Assembly (NCBI RefSeq): GCF_000143415.4
Contig: NW_003314348.1
Span: forward strand, 435,126 to 499,125
Origin: Selaginella moellendorffii
Lineage: Eukaryota; Plantae; Lycopodiophyta
DNA length: 64,000 nt
Direction: 5' to 3'
The translations under genes were made by a program, and so were the position numbers. Below are positions 35,329 to 47,500 of this stretch, piece by piece. Position 1 is the stretch's first letter. Each line of letters starts with the position of its first letter. The notes below the pieces were generated by a model. It was given only the letters and a program-made list of their open reading frames with translations, had not been told where the DNA came from and did no database searches.

Positions 35329-38300
35329 GAATGGTATACAATGTCCTTCTTGATGACCCTGCAAAGAAGCATCTCGATCAGACACCACATGAGACCACAC
35401 GAGCCTTACAATGTTTCAGGGGCATTTGCCATAGATCCGGCCGTTATTTTGCTCCAAGATTCTACAGTTTGGTATGCATTGACCTTTCCATCGACACTGC
35501 AAAGGGACATCACAATCAGATGCGGGATCACAAGAAACCAACTTCACTAACTCTGGTTTCACCAAGATCTACGTAAGGAGTTATGAAATGAAAGGACCCT
35601 CTCTATTGAAATGTGTTTATGGTCCTGACATATCAAAGGATTTTGCATCAAGTTCTGTATTTGCATGTTTATCAAGCTACTGAATTACTAAACTGTAAAC
35701 CCTAAATATGTGGCAAATGCTGCGTGAAGAAAGATGCCCTTTCTGGGCAAATGCTGTAAGAGGCAGATGCCGAGTAGTTACACGGCGAATAATCTTGGCG
35801 CGGATCGCTGACATGGCATGGCAAAGTTCAAATCACTAATATGGCACAGCTGGATCGAGGCAAGGACATGATGTGACAAAGTTCAACGTCCGACAGCAAA
35901 GTCTATAAGCTACTTAGTTTGAAATTTGTCAGAGGAATTATAAGATCTGGTTTGTCAGAGGATTTGATGTAACGTTCAAGCGTGTGGGCTCATGCAATTT
36001 TGATCCCAAAAAATACACCAAAAAATGCTCGGCGTCATCTGGCGTTATCGTGGGGCCGCATGCCATTTTCAGGGGCACATTTGAGTATATTCCTAGAATA
36101 TTCTAACACGTGCGAGATTTTTTTGAGTTTTCTGGAGATCCAACCGTTAGATTGCAACTAAATTTTATAGAATGGTATACAATGTCTTTCTTGATGACCC
36201 TGCAAAGAAGCATCTCGATCGGACACCACATGAGACCACACGAGCCTTACAATGTTTCAGGGGCATTTGCCATAGATCCGACCGTTATTTTGCTCCAAGA
36301 TTTTACAGTTTAGTGTGCATTGACCTTTCCATCGACACTGCAAAGGGACATCACAATCAGATGCGGGATCAATTTTCCATTCTACTTTAGTCACTTAACC
36401 ACACCTCCGACCACTTGCAGGAGTCTCATTCACAACTTCCATCAGTCCAATTCAGGACTTGGGACTTGCTAGCACCAAGAATGGCATCCATGCCACTCAA
36501 CACTTGCACTTGGTCCAAGTGCTCCACATGTCCGGTCCCAAGACCGACACCTAAAGGTACCACTGACATCTTGGCCCGTTACGCTAAGGCCATGCCCATT
36601 CACCTTTGCTGCACTAGTGGTCCAATACCACTTGCATCACCGTCCCGTCTCTCCAAGACTGGGCCATCTGTCCACGAGTGGTCATCCTAGATCCACTCCT
36701 TAGCATCCTTGGGATGCCCACAGACCTGGGGAATCGCTTTCCCCAAAGTCCCTTTGTCAGTTCCTACCAAGTCCCTTTCTGCCCCTGGCCGTGTTTGCCA
36801 ACACTGCCACTGGGTCGAGGCCCACAAGCCCGACCACTAAGTCCCATGGTCCTCTGGGACTTCCTCACCACACGACTGTGTCCTTGGTCACTACCCCAGA
36901 GGACTGCTCCTCTTCCTTTCCATAGTCTAGGCCTTTGGGACAACATTTCGGAACACCGTGGCCTTATGCGAGCCACCTAGGTACTCTCCCCGCCTTTCGC
37001 CTTTAGGTGCTCTAGCCATGGGCTTAGAGAGAGGTTTCATTGCGCCACGCCTGGTATCCAAGTAGGTAGTGCCACCCACACTTGGATTGGGAGCATTGGC
37101 CAGTCGATCTCCCGGGGGAACTAGAGCCAGCTCTTGAACACTTCACCAAGCTACCCCACTTGTTGGTCCGTATTCACTCTAGTCTTGGACTTCCCAGTGG
37201 TCAGTTCATCACCCAACACTGGGTCTGGCCTTCCTGGGCCAAACTGGCCTTTCCTGGCCAAACTGGCTCCACTGCAGTCCTCCCCCTTACTATACTTTTG
37301 GAGCTCACCAAACCCCCCAGGGTCTGGGAAACGAACGCTTTGGGCTTTCACCCTCTCAGACTCAAACTCGGACTCGGACTTGGACTCGGACTCGGACTCG
37401 GACTCGGACTCGGACTTGGACTCGGACTTGGACTCGGACTCGGACTCGGACTCGGGCTCGGGCTCTGTCTCAGCCTTGGCCTCGGTCTCGGTCTCGGTCC
37501 CGGTCTCGGTCCCGGTCTCGGTCTTGGTCTCGGTCTCGGTCCCGGTCTCGGTCTCGACCTCGGACTCCATCTCGGACTCCATCTCGGGCTCCGTCTTGGT
37601 CCATCTCGGACTCCGTCTCGGCCCATCTCGGACTCCATCTCGGGTCCATCTCGGACTCCGTCTCGGTCCATCTCGGACTCCATCTCGGGTCCATCTCGGG
37701 TCCATCTCGGACTCCATCTTGGACTCCATCTCGGTCCACCTCGGACTCCACTACGGGTCCATCTCGGACTCCATATTGGACTCCATCTCGGACTCCACTT
37801 CGGACTCCATATCGGACTCCACTTCGGGTCCATCTCGGACTCCACTACGGGTCCATCTCGGACTCCATATCGGACTCCATCTTGGACTCCACTTCGGACT
37901 CCATATCGGACTCCACTTCGGGTCCATCTCGGACTCCAACTAGGGTCCATCTCGGACTCCATCTTGGACACTTCCACGTGTTATGTGTTGGTCCTTTTTG
38001 GGTCCCTTTTTGGAACCTCGCTTATTGCTCGCTTCGTGCTTGTTCCTTGAGCACTTTGTTAGGAGTTCCACTCCCACTCTCGACCTTTCAAGTCGGAGCT
38101 TTTACTCCAAATGTGTTATGCTCGTTTGGTTTTCACTTTGGCCACTACCACGTGGCACCATTTCCAGCTCCACTTTGGGGCCTAGGGATTTTGTGTCTCA
38201 CATCACCAGGATCTATGTAAGGAGTTATGAAATGAAAGGACCCTCTCTATTGAAATGTGTTTATGGTCCTAGGGGCATTGTGACATATCAAAGGATTTTG

Positions 38301-39043
38301 CATCAAGTTCTGTATTTGCATGTTTATCAAGCTACTGAATTGCTAAACCCTAAACCCTAAATCCTAAACATGTGGCAAATGCTGCATGAAGAAAGATGCC
38401 CTTTCTGGGCAAATGCTGTAAGAGGCAGATGCCGAGCAGATGTATCTCAGGCTAGCGAAGGGGACAAACGAAAGCTAGCTATAAACATGACGGGATGCAA
38501 ATAGATTACTAGGCTGGTCCTGCGAAAATCAAAAACCATAATTGAAAACATTGAAAATGCAAAAAGAAAGGTTTATAATATTTTTGAATTTTAAGCAACC
38601 AAAGGAATGTAAGTAGGGCATGTGTTTGTAAGTTTAAAAATGCCTCAACCACTTAAATTCCCAAGTAAATAAAGCTGTTTCTATTTTTGGTACAGGTAAA
38701 CTTTATACCGTGTGGGCTCATGCAATTTTGAACCCAAAAATGCACCAAAAAATGCTCGACTAGCATTATTCTTTGAATGGCGTGTGGCCTTATATTGCCA
38801 TAAATGGACGTACACACACAGCATAATTATTCCTTTACACGGCGAATAATCTTGGCGCGGATCGCTGACATGGCATGGCAAAGTTCGAATCACTAACATG
38901 GCACAGCTGGATCGAGGCAAGGACATGATGTGACAAAGTTCAACCTCCGACAGCAAAGTCTAGAAGCTACTCAGTTTGAAATTTGTCAGAGGAATCATAA
39001 GATCTGGTTTGTCAGAGGATTTGATGTGACGTTCAAGCGTGTG
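35329..39043. repeat. Rearranged direct duplication in the intergenic spacer
   Basis: 35329-35540 = 36170-36371; 35558-35775 = 38203-38440; 35778-35985 = 38836-39043; 35980-36032 = 38709-38760. Confidence 0.9.
36371..38202 (-). mobile_element. Family-A solo LTR with one end clipped
   Basis: Full LTR body ending ..GTCTCACA. About 12 bp of the other terminus and about 28 bp of target are missing compared with the empty duplicate at 35540-35560. Confidence 0.92.
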
Positions 39044-39601
39044 TTATTTTTGAATTCTCGAACTCATTCCTAGGTCTATCATTTTTGTGCGCCGTGTTCT
39101 TGGTTCCGCTGAGCGCAGTGAGCGCTGCTTGTGTAAGCGGCGTTGTGAGCTGTGGTTTATGCGTCTACAAGCGGTTGCGGCATTGCGAGCGCCATTGCGA
39201 GCAGCAGTTTATGCGAGTGGCAGTTTGTGCGAGCGGCGCTACGAGCAGTTGCGGTGTTGCGAGCGGCGCTACGAGTAGTTGCGGTGTTGCAAGCGGCACT
39301 GTCTTTGGTGTGGCTACCGCTTCCTCTTGATATTCGGCACTTGTGCTTCCTGGTATGTTCACCATGGAATGGCTTAGGACCACGTGCCAAAGATAGCATG
39401 AGGCCTCATGCCATTAGTGGTACCACTAATGGCATGAGGGCTCATGCCAATTTTGTGAATGCGAAATTCACGTGGGTGTCAATAGCATGTTTGAATAATG
39501 GCATGTGGCCTCATGCTATTGAGGTTGTTTGGTATGTTATGATTTAGGCCATTCTCCAATAATTTTTTATATGGTCTTAACTTCTTTTCTAAACTTTCAG
39601 A

Positions 39602-39970
39602 ATGGCCTCCGCAAGTGCGACGCATGTTCCCTCCGTGGATCTTAAAAACCGTGCTACATGGATTCAGGCAAAGGTGTTTCTAAACAACCCCGAGGGGGAG
39701 GTGGTAGCTGAGGGCTTAGCCACAGTTGTCGATCCAAGAGATGCGGTTGCTAATGTAACTGTGGAGTGGTTCAAGCCAAGTTCCGGATATACAAAGGATT
39801 GCTTAGAAAAGAGATGGGTGCTGAATCCAAGGGATCCCAGCATGAGCATATCGGTGGATAATGTTGTGCATGGTTGGATGCGGAAGCAGAGTGCCACCAT
39901 CACCTTGCCAGACCATGCAAAAGATGCAGCAAGAGCATTCATAACCCGGGTTCAAGGTGAGATTCATTAA
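39602..39970 (+). CDS. Exon of a divergent spliced gene resembling CACTA Tnp1/TnpA C-terminal-type domain
   Basis: Preceded by acceptor TTTCAG (39600), with donor AAG|GTGAGA near 39957. KVFLNNPEGEVVAEGLATVVDP recalls the VAxG..xDP motif of En/Spm Tnp1-like domains (recognition only, no search). Further possible exons to ~41000. Confidence 0.45.
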   Translation: MASASATHVPSVDLKNRATWIQAKVFLNNPEGEVVAEGLATVVDPRDAVANVTVEWFKPSSGYTKDCLEKRWVLNPRDPSMSISVDNVVHGWMRKQSATITLPDHAKDAARAFITRVQGEIH

Positions 39971-41551
39971 TATTCCTTTACTAAGTTTCTAATGTATTTT
40001 ATTTCAAGGTGAACAATCCGAATCTGAATCAAAGGAGGTGTGATGGCATGTGGCCTTACGCCATTCCTAAGTGAGATGATACAAATAACAAGTATAAATT
40101 CTTAGTTGTTCTAGCAAATCTTACTTAAAGTTCAAGGTGAACAAGCCGAATATGAATTTATCGGATTGTTATAACAAATTGCGAGGTGATGGCATGAGGT
40201 GATACGCCATTTGAGAGTGGTAGCCATTCCTATATGAGGTGAGTGAAATATTTATTAGAAATACCTCATTCAATTGTGCACTTCTAAGTCTTGGTCCACT
40301 CAGTACTGTTTGCATGTTTCTATTTTAATTCTTTCTCTAAAATGTTATTTAGCATGTGGCTTCATGCCATTGCTCTCCACAATCATGCATTGAATTTTTC
40401 TATCCTTGCATAATACTTCTCCATATATATAGCATGTGCGCACATGTGATATGGTTCATTAGGCCTGATATAGTGTGTGAGGTAAAACAAAGATGATGTG
40501 ACATATGCATTTACCAATCACATGTGCATAAATCTAATAATATGGCATGTGGCCCATATTAATGGCACATAAACCCATATTGTGGGCTTACGTGCTTTAT
40601 GTACCATCATTCCCTTGCAGCGTGTGTGTTGGTTTCCTTTTATAACACAACGAACTCCATATTTTAGGGTGAAGAGCGTTCTCATGGCAAGCACAAAATC
40701 TGTAAGTGAGGCAGAAAAGGAGACGGAGAAGGAGATAGGTGAAGATGTAGAATATATAAGTCTTCCAAACTCCCCGTACTATACTCCAGGTGATCATTTT
40801 TCTGAACAAACGGCAACATTAACAACTATCAAGAACGCCCCAGTAACGTCAGAGACAACAATCCAAAGCAAAACAACTGACCTGGAGAAGGATGATAGTA
40901 CCGCTGAGAGTACCAAAAAGGAGGTGTCCACTAGCGCTTGTGTGCCCTCATGCCATTTACTTGATCACCAAACACCTTTTTCCCTTTGCACTAGTATATC
41001 TTAATACCGGTCTGAGAAATAGAATGGCATGTGCTCTCAGGCCTTTTACTAAATCACCTTTGAAAGAAATGCAAGCCTCTATGTCGTAAAAAAAAGGTAC
41101 TAGAGAAATTCCTTAATAATATGAATGTTATTTAGTTTCATGAAAATACACTAAGGGTCAAATGAGTTAAATGACTTCTCCAGACTAGCAATGCCTCTTG
41201 CTACACCTTCACAATTAGATTCATTAGAAAAAGATAACATTGAATAATATCTAAATGTTCTCACCATTAAGTTATATGTCTGGCTAATAGGAATGACATT
41301 CATCTTGGAAAGCTCACCACACGCTCAATGAACAAACAAATAGTGTGTGCGCGCATGCCATCGCTCTTCTTTAGCTTCAGATTCGGCTTGTTCACCTTGA
41401 CAATGAGATTTATTATACAACCAGATGGACTCAGTCTGGACACAAAGTCACCGCGCTAGTCACCATGCCCCAGATATGTCTAGCCCCTGGACAAAAAACA
41501 TATAATTTCACGTCATTTTTAAATACTTGAAAATTTGTACCTAGTCCCATT

Positions 41552-44540
41552 TTACTGAATAAATCCCACTTTAACGAAATAAAGCTTTTCACCAAAACAT
41601 GGCAGCCATGCTTTTTGCCACTCCTCAAGCCTCTCGAGCTTCCCCTTGTCCCGGAGGATAGCATGGTGAAGCCGTATTGCCGCCAGTGTAAGTCTCCACC
41701 ACTCTACCAGTACCTGTGATACTCTAAGCTGTGTCCCATCGAAGTGCACCCGGTTATGTGCTTCCCAAAGGGCCTGGACTCCCGTCGCACGCCATATCGC
41801 CCATCGAGCATGGCCAAGCGCCTCCCAAACGGGGACTCTATCTCCACCCCGATCACGTCCCACTGGACCTGGATCCCCCAGCCGTGTCGTCCTCTACACC
41901 TGATGTGTCGCAAGGCTGGGCCCTGGGCAGGACCCCTTGCTGCCTCGAACCAGTGGAGCACATCTCCACTGCGGGCTTCGAAATCCTGTGTCACACCCAG
42001 CTCCTTCCCTGCCTTAATAATCTGGCGCCACACCTCCTTTGCAGTGTCGCACTCCCACAGCGCATGCTTGACTGTCTCGATTTCGCCACACTCCTTGCAT
42101 CTGCGACTCGTGTCATCCTGGAATCGCTGTCCAACCGGGAGCCCATTGTTCGCTACCAACCACGAGGTGACTTTCACTTTTTCCTGCACGGGCAGCTTCC
42201 AGAAGTGAATTGTGTTGTCCACCACTTGCTCTACGTCAACCCCCTGTGCTATCCACTTCTGCCATAGCTTCGGAATCTCCTCTCTTGCCTCCTCTCGCGA
42301 TGTCAGTAGTCCATTCCGAGCTTCCTTGATTGCATAGGAGAAAAAGCTTCCCGTCCCTCGTCGCCATGCGGCAGGGTCCCAGTCCAGATCTTCTAGTAGC
42401 TGCTGTCGCCACCATATCAGTGATCCATCGCCCTCTAGCAGGTCTTCTGATTCCACCACGTCCAGCCTCTTGGGTGACTGCCTAAGCACGCTGATCCTGC
42501 CACGTACCTCATCGTCCGTGACATCCGACATCTCTTGTTTCTCACCCATTGGGAGAAGTGTGTCTCCTCTCATGATGTGAAAAGGCCATCCTATGTTGTG
42601 CTCTGGTGCGGCGACAAACCACACCTCCACATCTCCTTCTTCCCATGCTAGTGTAGGTGCAGTGAATGCTCGAGTCCATGTCCCCAGCGGACGTCGCACT
42701 GTATCGTGTTCCTCCCACTCTGTTTGCCGCTGGATTGCCACAAAGTCCCCTGCTTGAAGGCATCTTCTCGGCCACTTCGTCCCTGCTTTCGTGTCATTCA
42801 CCACTCGAAGAAGTCACAGAACGTCCAGCAGGATGTTGCGTCGCTTCCAAGGTCCAAACACTTGAGTTCTTCTCGTTGTTCACCACCAGTCCCGGTCAAC
42901 CACTCCCACCAGTTGCTTCATTGTCCGGAATCCGTTTGCATGCATTTTCCTCCAGATCGTGTGGTGTGCCTCTCGTCCCAGTGTCACACCTCCCACCTTG
43001 AACAGTGTGTTGAAAAATAGAGGCTGGTTAAGCCACTCCTCGGCCCTGGTTGGTGGTGTTTGCTCCAGCGAAAAGGCTCTCCACAGTCGGTGGAGGCTTT
43101 GGATGAAGTTGCCCCCTTTCACTACCTACGTCGGACCTTCTGTGAAGAGCCACCGTGGGTCCTCCTCTCACGGTTTGGCTGCATTGTGTTTGGGCCGAAT
43201 CGCTAGGAGGCTCTGCTAGAACATGAGTCGCCACGGCTGTCTCCCCTGTTGCAAGCCCATGAGAAAAATCTTATACCTCATCGCCTTTGCCATGTCACTG
43301 GGGTCAATGATCCCAAGCCCCCCTAGAATGCGCGGCCTCGCTGTAGATTGCCACGCCACCTTGGCCATGGTTTGCCCTGTAGCCAATGCTCCCCGCCACA
43401 TGTAAGTTCGCACCATCTGTCTCACCTTCTGCAGTGTAGTTTCCAGCACCGGCCAAATTGAGAGGTGGTACCAGATGCTGGGGAGGATCACGCTCTTGAC
43501 CACTATGATCCGAGCTGGGAGTCCGAGTTTCCTCGGTGTCCATTTCTGAACTGCAGCCTGGATCCTCCTGAGAAGCGTGTCGTCCTGCGTAGCCGCACTG
43601 TATTGGACCCCAACCTGGATGCCGAGGTACCGGGTGTCTTCGCCAGGGCGAAGCCACTGAAAGCCTATCTCCTGTCCCCAGGCCTCGATGCCTGGCTTTC
43701 CCCAGTTCACGCCTACTGACTTGTTCCAATTTATGGCTGCCCCTGCTGCCATGTTGAAGATCTCCAGCTTGGATTTTGCTGCGTCCAGGTTCCCCGGGGT
43801 GGCAAGTAGGAAGAGTGCGGTGTCATCTGCAAATGCCCCGTCTTGCAGCTCTTGCGTCACAGCTTGAGTTCCCGGGAGTTGTAGCCGTTCAGAGGGCAGC
43901 ACCAAGCCTTTTATATCCCCTCCATGTGTGAGGAAAGAGCCCAGTGTCTCTGCTACTATCAGGAACAGGTAGGGGGCAAGTGGACATCCCTGCCTCACTG
44001 AGCGTCCCAAGTGGAAGGTCGGGCCTATCTCTCCATTTAGTGTGACCCGGCTTGCAGCTCCCCTATATAGCAGTGAGATACACGAGATAGTCCTTGCTGG
44101 GATCCCTATCTTCCACATGCAATCCTCCAAGAAGTCCCAATCGACTCGATCGTAGGCCTTCTCAAAGTCTAGTAGCCACGCTACAATCTGTTGATTTGAG
44201 ACGTTTGCCCACCTCTGTGCTAGGAGGTACGTCCATATGTTTTCTGCAATCTGTCGTCTCGGCACGAATCTAGTCTGTTGTTCTCTGATGATGAGGGGCA
44301 TGACTGGCTGCAGCTTGAGTGCCATCACCTTTGCATATATCTTGTACGACGTGTTGAGCATGGTTATGGAGCGCCAGTTCCTGAGTTCCTAGAGGTCACC
44401 CCGTTTTGGGATCAATGCGATTTCTCCCTCTAGTATCTTTCCTGGAAGCACCCCTGTTTGTTGTGCGTCTCGCCATGTCTCCAAGAGCATCAGGCCAACG
44501 TCGTCCCAATACTCCTCATAGAATGCTAGGAAGAGGCCGT
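41552..44540 (-). mobile_element. 5'-truncated, pseudogenised L1-clade LINE ORF2 (RT + zf-RVT)
   Basis: WRSITMLN, LLDFEKAYDRVDW, RQGCPLAP, FADD (43216-44361); CKECGEIETVKHALWEC (zf-RVT). In-frame stops and frameshifts; cut at 44540 before the endonuclease. Confidence 0.93.
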
Positions 44541-47500
44541 CACGTGGCACCCTTTCGGCTCCACTTTGGGGCCTAGGGATTTGTGTCTCACACCATCTTT
44601 AGTACCAAGAGTTAGTTTTTAGGACAAGTGTGAAACTTACTAAATATGAAATGGCATTAGATTGTGAATTTGGATATGGGACTAACACTATTATGTTTAG
44701 GACAATCTCTACATTCCGTAGATATACCAAATTAGCAAATATAGACACTTTTTATAAATAGCTATTAGGACCAAATGGGACCAACACAAGGGGCATGATA
44801 GCGAGAGTGTTTGATAGATATGGTAAGTTATCATTTAGCAATATTGAGGGATTAATTTCAATATGCAAAGGTTTTTGTTACTAACCAGTGCAAGACACAA
44901 TAAAACAGGAACTCCTTACCAGGCTAAGTATGCTTAGCACATAGGAATTCTATCTTTATGTTTGTCTAGTCTAAGTACACTCGAAATGCTTAGTTAATTC
45001 CACTAACACAAGATGGACTGATAAAGGGTCTAGCAATATCAACCTCCTATTGTCATGATAGCAAGGAAAGAAGATTTTAAAGACTAGCTAGCAAGTAACT
45101 TTTGATACCACAATCATATTCATGACACCCCACTTATTCATCTATGTTCACTCTAGCTTTGAACTCCCTAGTGTTTATATCATCATCCACCAAGTGAACA
45201 TAGCCTTCTTTGGTCACACTAGTTCCTCTAGAGTCCTCCTCTTACTATCACATAGGGACTTATGAAACCCCCTAGGGTTTGAGAGAGGATTGCTTTGGGC
45301 TTTCACCCTTAAACATGGATTTAGTTTCAGACTCAAACTCAAACTTAGTCTTGGCCTTGGTCTCAATCATAGTCACAGTCTAGAACTTGCTCTTGGTCTC
45401 GCTCTTGAACTTGCTCTGAGACTCAATCTTGCACTTGACTTCTATGTGTCACGACATTTACCATGTGTTAGTCATTTTCTTATCCCTTTCTAGAGACTTG
45501 GTTATTAATTACTTTGTTCCTCAAGTATTTCTTTAGGAGTTCCACTCTTGCTTTCGACTTTCCGAGTTATAGCTTTTGATCTACATTGGCCACTACTATA
45601 TGGCTAATCTTCAGCTCTACTTTAGGACTCTGTTTTATACTTGTAGCGCACGTGGTTTGGACCCTTTATCCTATGGTGATTTACCATAGGATAACACCAC
45701 GAAGTGGAACCTAAACCCTCTTTGTGCCACGTGACAGATGCCACGTGTCACATGCCACGTGTCCATGCCACGTGTCCTTAGGAACCCGAGGTTCAGGGCC
45801 TTGGTGACGCCAAGGAGTGATGAAACCGGACCACGGAGCAACTCCCGAGCATATAGCCCAAGGAGCGAAGGGACAGGGGCCCGGAGCGACTTGGAACAGT
45901 CCTAGAGCAACCAGCATCCCAATGCCAAGACCAGCACGCAAAACGGAGCCAAACAGAGTTTGGCACTATTTCGGCATACCGGTGGCCTAACGCGAGGATA
46001 TAGGTACTCCACCAACTAGCATGGAATGGAACTTGGGCTTAGACCCAAGCCGGACGCAGAACAAGGACAGGCACGCAAGCGGGAGCTAGACTATGCCTCA
46101 GGTTGGTCGGCCATGCCCGACCTACCCACTATCCCTACTATACATTTGGAACCCCCCACAGCCCCCCCCCCCCTTGAGGAACACACGCTTTGGGCTTTCA
46201 CCCCAAGCCTCCCTTAGTACTAGGAGTTAGTCTCTGGGACAAGCTCGAAACTTACTAAATATGGAATGTCCTTAGATTGCGAATTTGGACACGGGACGAA
46301 CACCATTGTGTTCAGGCCGATCTCTACATTCCGTAGATATGCTAAATGAGCAAATCTGGACACTTTCCATAAATAGCATTTGGGACGAATTGAGACTAAC
46401 ACCAAGGGCATGATAGCGAGGGTGTTTGGCAGACACGGTAAGCTATCATCTAGCGATGTTGAGGGACCAAGCTCAATATCGCGGGGGTTCCCAACACTAG
46501 CAAGTGCAAGTCAACGAATGAGTTTCTCTAACCAGGTCAAGTATGCTTGACTAAATAGACACTTAGGAATTCCTTCCTTATGCTCATCTGGTCAAGTGCA
46601 CACGCGAGGACCAGTTTCTCAACTAGCTTAGGCGGAGACTGATAACGGGTCCAGCAATACCGACCTCCTGCCGTCGTGGCAGTAAGGTAAGAATATCCGA
46701 AAGGACTAGCCGACAGGTAACTTTCGATACCTGAAGTCACATTCGCGACACTCTCCCCCCCTTGGGAAGATCGACGTCCTCGTCGATGCATACTCCAGTC
46801 TAGAATACCGCCAAGGAAACAACTCCAGAAAAAGTTCACGGTACTCACACTATGTGAGAAATGCACCAACTTAAATGAGTGAGGGGGTAACCTCTTTGTC
46901 TAACGCGGATGCGCTACCAGCTCAGACACCTTCCGGCCGTCACCGACAAGGAAATGACCAACGGAGTCAGCCACCCCTGCTGCTCTGGGAGTCACCCAGC
47001 TTACAAAAGTGTGATATGCCCCTGCCCGCAGGGACATAGAGAGAGAAGCCAGAGGCCCCAACCCTCCTAAGCAAAGAAACCAAACCCGTCGGTAAGGTTT
47101 AGATAGGCTACTGTAAACAGGCAGGTAGAGTTGTTTACACGGTCACGCCCTTTCACAGAATAAGGAACATCGACAGAGAGGCGGGTTATGTGACCAGTCG
47201 ACAGTAGCTACCCCATGACTAGAGATTTCACCATGCACACGAAGTGCCGAAGCCAGTCTGCCTATACTGGCCCAAACGCAAAGATCAATGGATGGACAAT
47301 ATCAAAGTCAGAGACAATGATATCTGAGAAGCTTAATTACTAGTGATTATATCTTAGAGTAGAACACAAAAGTATTCTAAACAAGTTATCATCCGATAAA
47401 CCAGTAGTATTGTAGATAGGAACCACCAAGATCACTATCATTGGAAAACATAGGATGCACCATCCAACAAAATTCAATAGCAAGTATATCATCAAGTAAA

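Larger units (their letters stand above)
24150..44592 (-). mobile_element. Family A copy 2; right-hand LTR split (29949-31519 and 44541-44592)
   Basis: Left LTR 24150-25985, PBS just left of 29949, TSD CCATC at 24145-24149 and 44593-44597. Interior homologous to copy 1. Confidence 0.92.
23546..45127 (-). mobile_element. Family-B solo LTR split into 23546-24149 and 44593-45127 by nested insertions
   Basis: TG..CA ends, TSD CCCTA/CCCCA. The two halves join colinearly with LTR 45642-46750. Confidence 0.85.

Noticed and set aside
31527-41361. CRISPR-like array from the palindromes
   Set aside because: Spacing is irregular (14 bp to kilobases), copies are degenerate, the context is eukaryotic, and there are no cas genes.
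45815-45835. Hammerhead ribozyme (retrozyme) core in LTR B
   Set aside because: GTGATGAAAC lacks the CUGANGA...GAAA arrangement and flanking stems.
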